NCBI RefSeq assembly: GCF_006345805.1
Contig: NW_021835227.1
Coordinates: 1-38,954, forward strand
Length of the DNA: 38,954 bases
Direction: 5' to 3'
From: Octopus sinensis
Lineage: Eukaryota
Below the pieces are notes generated by a model. The model had not been told where the DNA came from and ran no database searches. It saw only the letters and a list, made by a program, of their open reading frames with translations. Position 1 is the first letter of the stretch; the number at the start of each line of letters is the position of its first letter. This document shows positions 36,403 to 38,954 of the stretch, one piece after another. Both the position numbers and the translations under genes were made by a program.

Positions 36403-36640
36403 CATACAAGGTCTTGGGATGCAATATGATCATAAAAATCTACTTGTAGAACTCTAACCTCAACTACAAATCTTAGGTCTGTCAGGGATGAGCAGGGAGT
36501 GAGGTTTCAACAGGACATTCTGAATATCGAAACCCTGTACAAAGAATGTGAAGCTCTGTTATGTTGGTTGATTACTAGTTGTTCCTTAAAAAGGGCGTTT
36601 CCAGAAGCTAAATACAGACGAAAATCTTACTCTTCTATGT
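36403..36640 (+). pseudogene. DNA-transposase C-terminal remnant (probably CMC/Chapaev3-like)
   Basis: YKVLGCNMIIKIYL* then NLRSVRDEQGVRFQQDI...SLKRAFPEAKYRRKS, matching the recalled motif LGCNMSLKIHFL..NLGAVSDEQGERFHQDI. The superfamily assignment is from memory. Confidence 0.65.
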
Positions 36641-36963
36641 TATGGGTAAGTTTCCTTGTGATATTAACCTAATATTTTTCATGAAATACAATTGTTTAAC
36701 ATTTTATATATGCTATCACCGAAAAACTATAACCTATGGAAAAACTGAAAAAGCACATTGCAGATCAAATTCTATTAAGTTCGCGTACTTTTGTTTCTGC
36801 AATAGAACTTTTCATTAATTATTTTGACCAATTTTTATTATCAACCGTATTTCTGCATCAATATAGTACATTTATTTTATGAGTTAACTTGCATTATGAC
36901 AAGTCTTTGCCGGGTCATAGTGCTAGTGCATGTATATATGTGTATATATATATGTGTACGTAT

Positions 36964-37013
<50 letters not shown>

Positions 37014-37245
37014 CACATAAAATACAAAATACAAAGTTATATCTTGATATCACTTGTGATAACAATACTCAAAATATATAACAGACTGAAATTGTAGGAC
37101 TATTCAATTTCTGCACGCTAATTTTATTTTTAATCTACTCCCATTTTTACTTTTGTTATGTTACGATTATATTATACTTTAGTTTGATTTTAGTTATTAC
37201 TTACTACATATAATTCAATTGTTATTATTACCTCAAACTTTCATT

Positions 37246-37637
37246 GTTAAAGTGAAAGTATCTGACATGAAATGGAGAAATGTTTTTGATTCACTTTTAA
37301 CACGTAATACTGAAATAGTGGAGAAGATATGATATTGCTCTGGGCTCGCCTTAGGCAAGAAGTTGAACATTTGGTGCCCATGAAACTAAGTAAGGTAGGT
37401 GTAAAATTTGAATGAAATTGGTTGTGTAGTTCTCAAGTTTTAGGGAATCGTAGTGGAGAAGATATGATATTGCTGTGGGCTCGCCCTAGGCAAAAAGTTA
37501 AAGATTTTTTGCCGATGACACTCCCCGGACTCTAAGTAAGGCTTGTGTAAAATTGGTTGTGTAGTTCTCAGGTTTAGGGAAACAGACAGACAGACATACA
37601 CACAGACACACATTCTCAGTTTTATATATAGAGAGAT
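37246..37637 (-). mobile_element. Helitron-like repeat with an internal ~134-bp tandem duplication
   Basis: The minus 5' end reads A|TCTCTCTATATATAAAACTGAGAATGTG(TGTC)n. TAGTGGAGAAGATATGATATTGCT occurs at ~37317 and ~37451. Confidence 0.6.
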
Positions 37638-37874
37638 TACTCTTTTACATAAAACCCATGCCTGATAGAAACTTCTAAAATCAGATTCGGAAAGTTCACT
37701 TTCGTGGGACAAGAAATAGTTCGAATTTTGTTGACCAGTGTTATCAAAGATAACAGAATATTTGAACATAGTCCATTATAAATATCAGTCACTAAACTGG
37801 AGATACAAAAGTTTGAGAAATTCGAGAAATTAATTATATTATTCAGCTTAGTAGAATATATTTATTCTACTCTA

Positions 37875-38078
37875 AGCACAAGGCCCAAAATGTTGTGGGG
37901 ATGAATGCTAGTCTATTAGATTGACCCCAGTACGCAACTGGTACTGAATATATCGACCCCGAAAGGATGAAAGGCAAAATCGACCTCGGTGGAATTTGAG
38001 CTCAGAATGTAAATACAGACGAAATACTCCTAAGCATTTCACCTGGCGTGCTGAATTTTCTTATTTCTGTACCGCCAA
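37875..38078 (-). mobile_element. tRNA-derived CORE-type SINE (octopus OR-like), tail type 1
   Basis: B-box-like GAGCTCAAATTCC and core TTTGCCTTTCATCCTTTCGGGGTCGAT. Confidence 0.85.
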
Positions 38079-38079
38079 C

Positions 38080-38292
38080 AACGGGCTACACACAGAGAGG
38101 ACACACAAGGACAGAAAAATGGATAAAGTCGATTATATCGACTCCAGTGCGTAACTGGTACTCATTTAATCGACACCGAAAGGATGAAAGGCAAAGTCCA
38201 CCTCGGTGGAATTTGAACTCAGAACGTAGCGGCAGACGAAACACCGCTAAGCATTTCCACCGGCGCGCTAACGCTTCTGCCACCTCACCGCG
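38080..38292 (-). mobile_element. tRNA-derived CORE-type SINE, tail type 2
   Basis: A box TGGCAGAAGCG, B box GAGTTCAAATTCC, the same core, and a different tail. Confidence 0.85.
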
Positions 38293-38954
38293 TTTAGGTC
38301 TATATATTGATATAGCATAATATATATTTAATCTCGATAAATCTAACTCCTAGTTAACACAGAATAGAAAAAGGGAAGAAATCGGTAATCGTATAAAAGA
38401 GCAAAAATAGGGCTATATCTTTGTTGCCTATTGGCATAATTATGATGATATTATTATTTTTATCATAAATATTACACATATAGGGAGTTTAATCTTGGAT
38501 TATAAATTAAATAAGTATAGATGTAAAGATAAATGTAATATTATGTATGTTTGTAGTGTAGGAAATATTTTCATTTTACATCCTGGCATCTTGTAATTAG
38601 TTCCTCTTATCGTTGAATCATAATTGATTTAGATTTACTATTTTAATTACAATGGAATGCGTCAGGTCCACATAGCTCACACCATCTATTGCTACCCTTA
38701 TACGGTTTTGCGTTATGTTCCATGAATCAAGCAATATTATATTCATTATTCGTATGTATAAGAGAGTGTGTGAATTTGCCAACAACCGCATAATTAGCCT
38801 TGTTTGTATAACTCAATGTATATTTCTGATCATTCCTTCGAAGTTTGAATTACGAAGAGGATGCACCATTAGAAACATGTCATCTATAAGAGACATGCCC
38901 ACTATAAGAGCAGTAATAGAATACTAAAACCTTGTTTCTGAATGGGACACATTG

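Noticed and set aside
37875-38292. tRNA genes
   Set aside because: A/B boxes are present, but they lead into a SINE core and tail, and no cloverleaf is evident.

Overview
AT-rich, (TA)n-studded animal DNA. The tRNA/CORE-type SINEs look like octopus families, which is an inference from recognised sequence. No intact host gene is firmly supported, and most ORF-track entries are microsatellite artefacts. Left part (1-13100): 3' half of an R4/Dong-type RLE LINE, decayed Tx1/L1-like pieces, SINE remnants, and a 1.6-kb long-TIR element with a 6-bp TSD. Centre (13114-29383): a tandem array of ~2.4-2.7-kb units with a ~5-kb dimeric higher-order structure. Each unit is built from two decayed mariners, microsatellites, a candidate TATA-Inr-52/53-nt mini-exon and a candidate 144/145-nt coding exon (MMDK..., three N-glycosylation sequons), both on the minus strand. 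The array is interrupted by a Neptune-type Penelope-like element (PLE), a fold-back with hammerhead motifs in both arms, and a 155-bp insert with a near-canonical minimal hammerhead. Right part (29800-38954): microsatellites, palindromes, Helitron-like repeats, a DNA-transposase remnant and tandem SINEs. The best lead is the repeated promoter/exon cassette, which is a sequence-only hypothesis needing RNA data.
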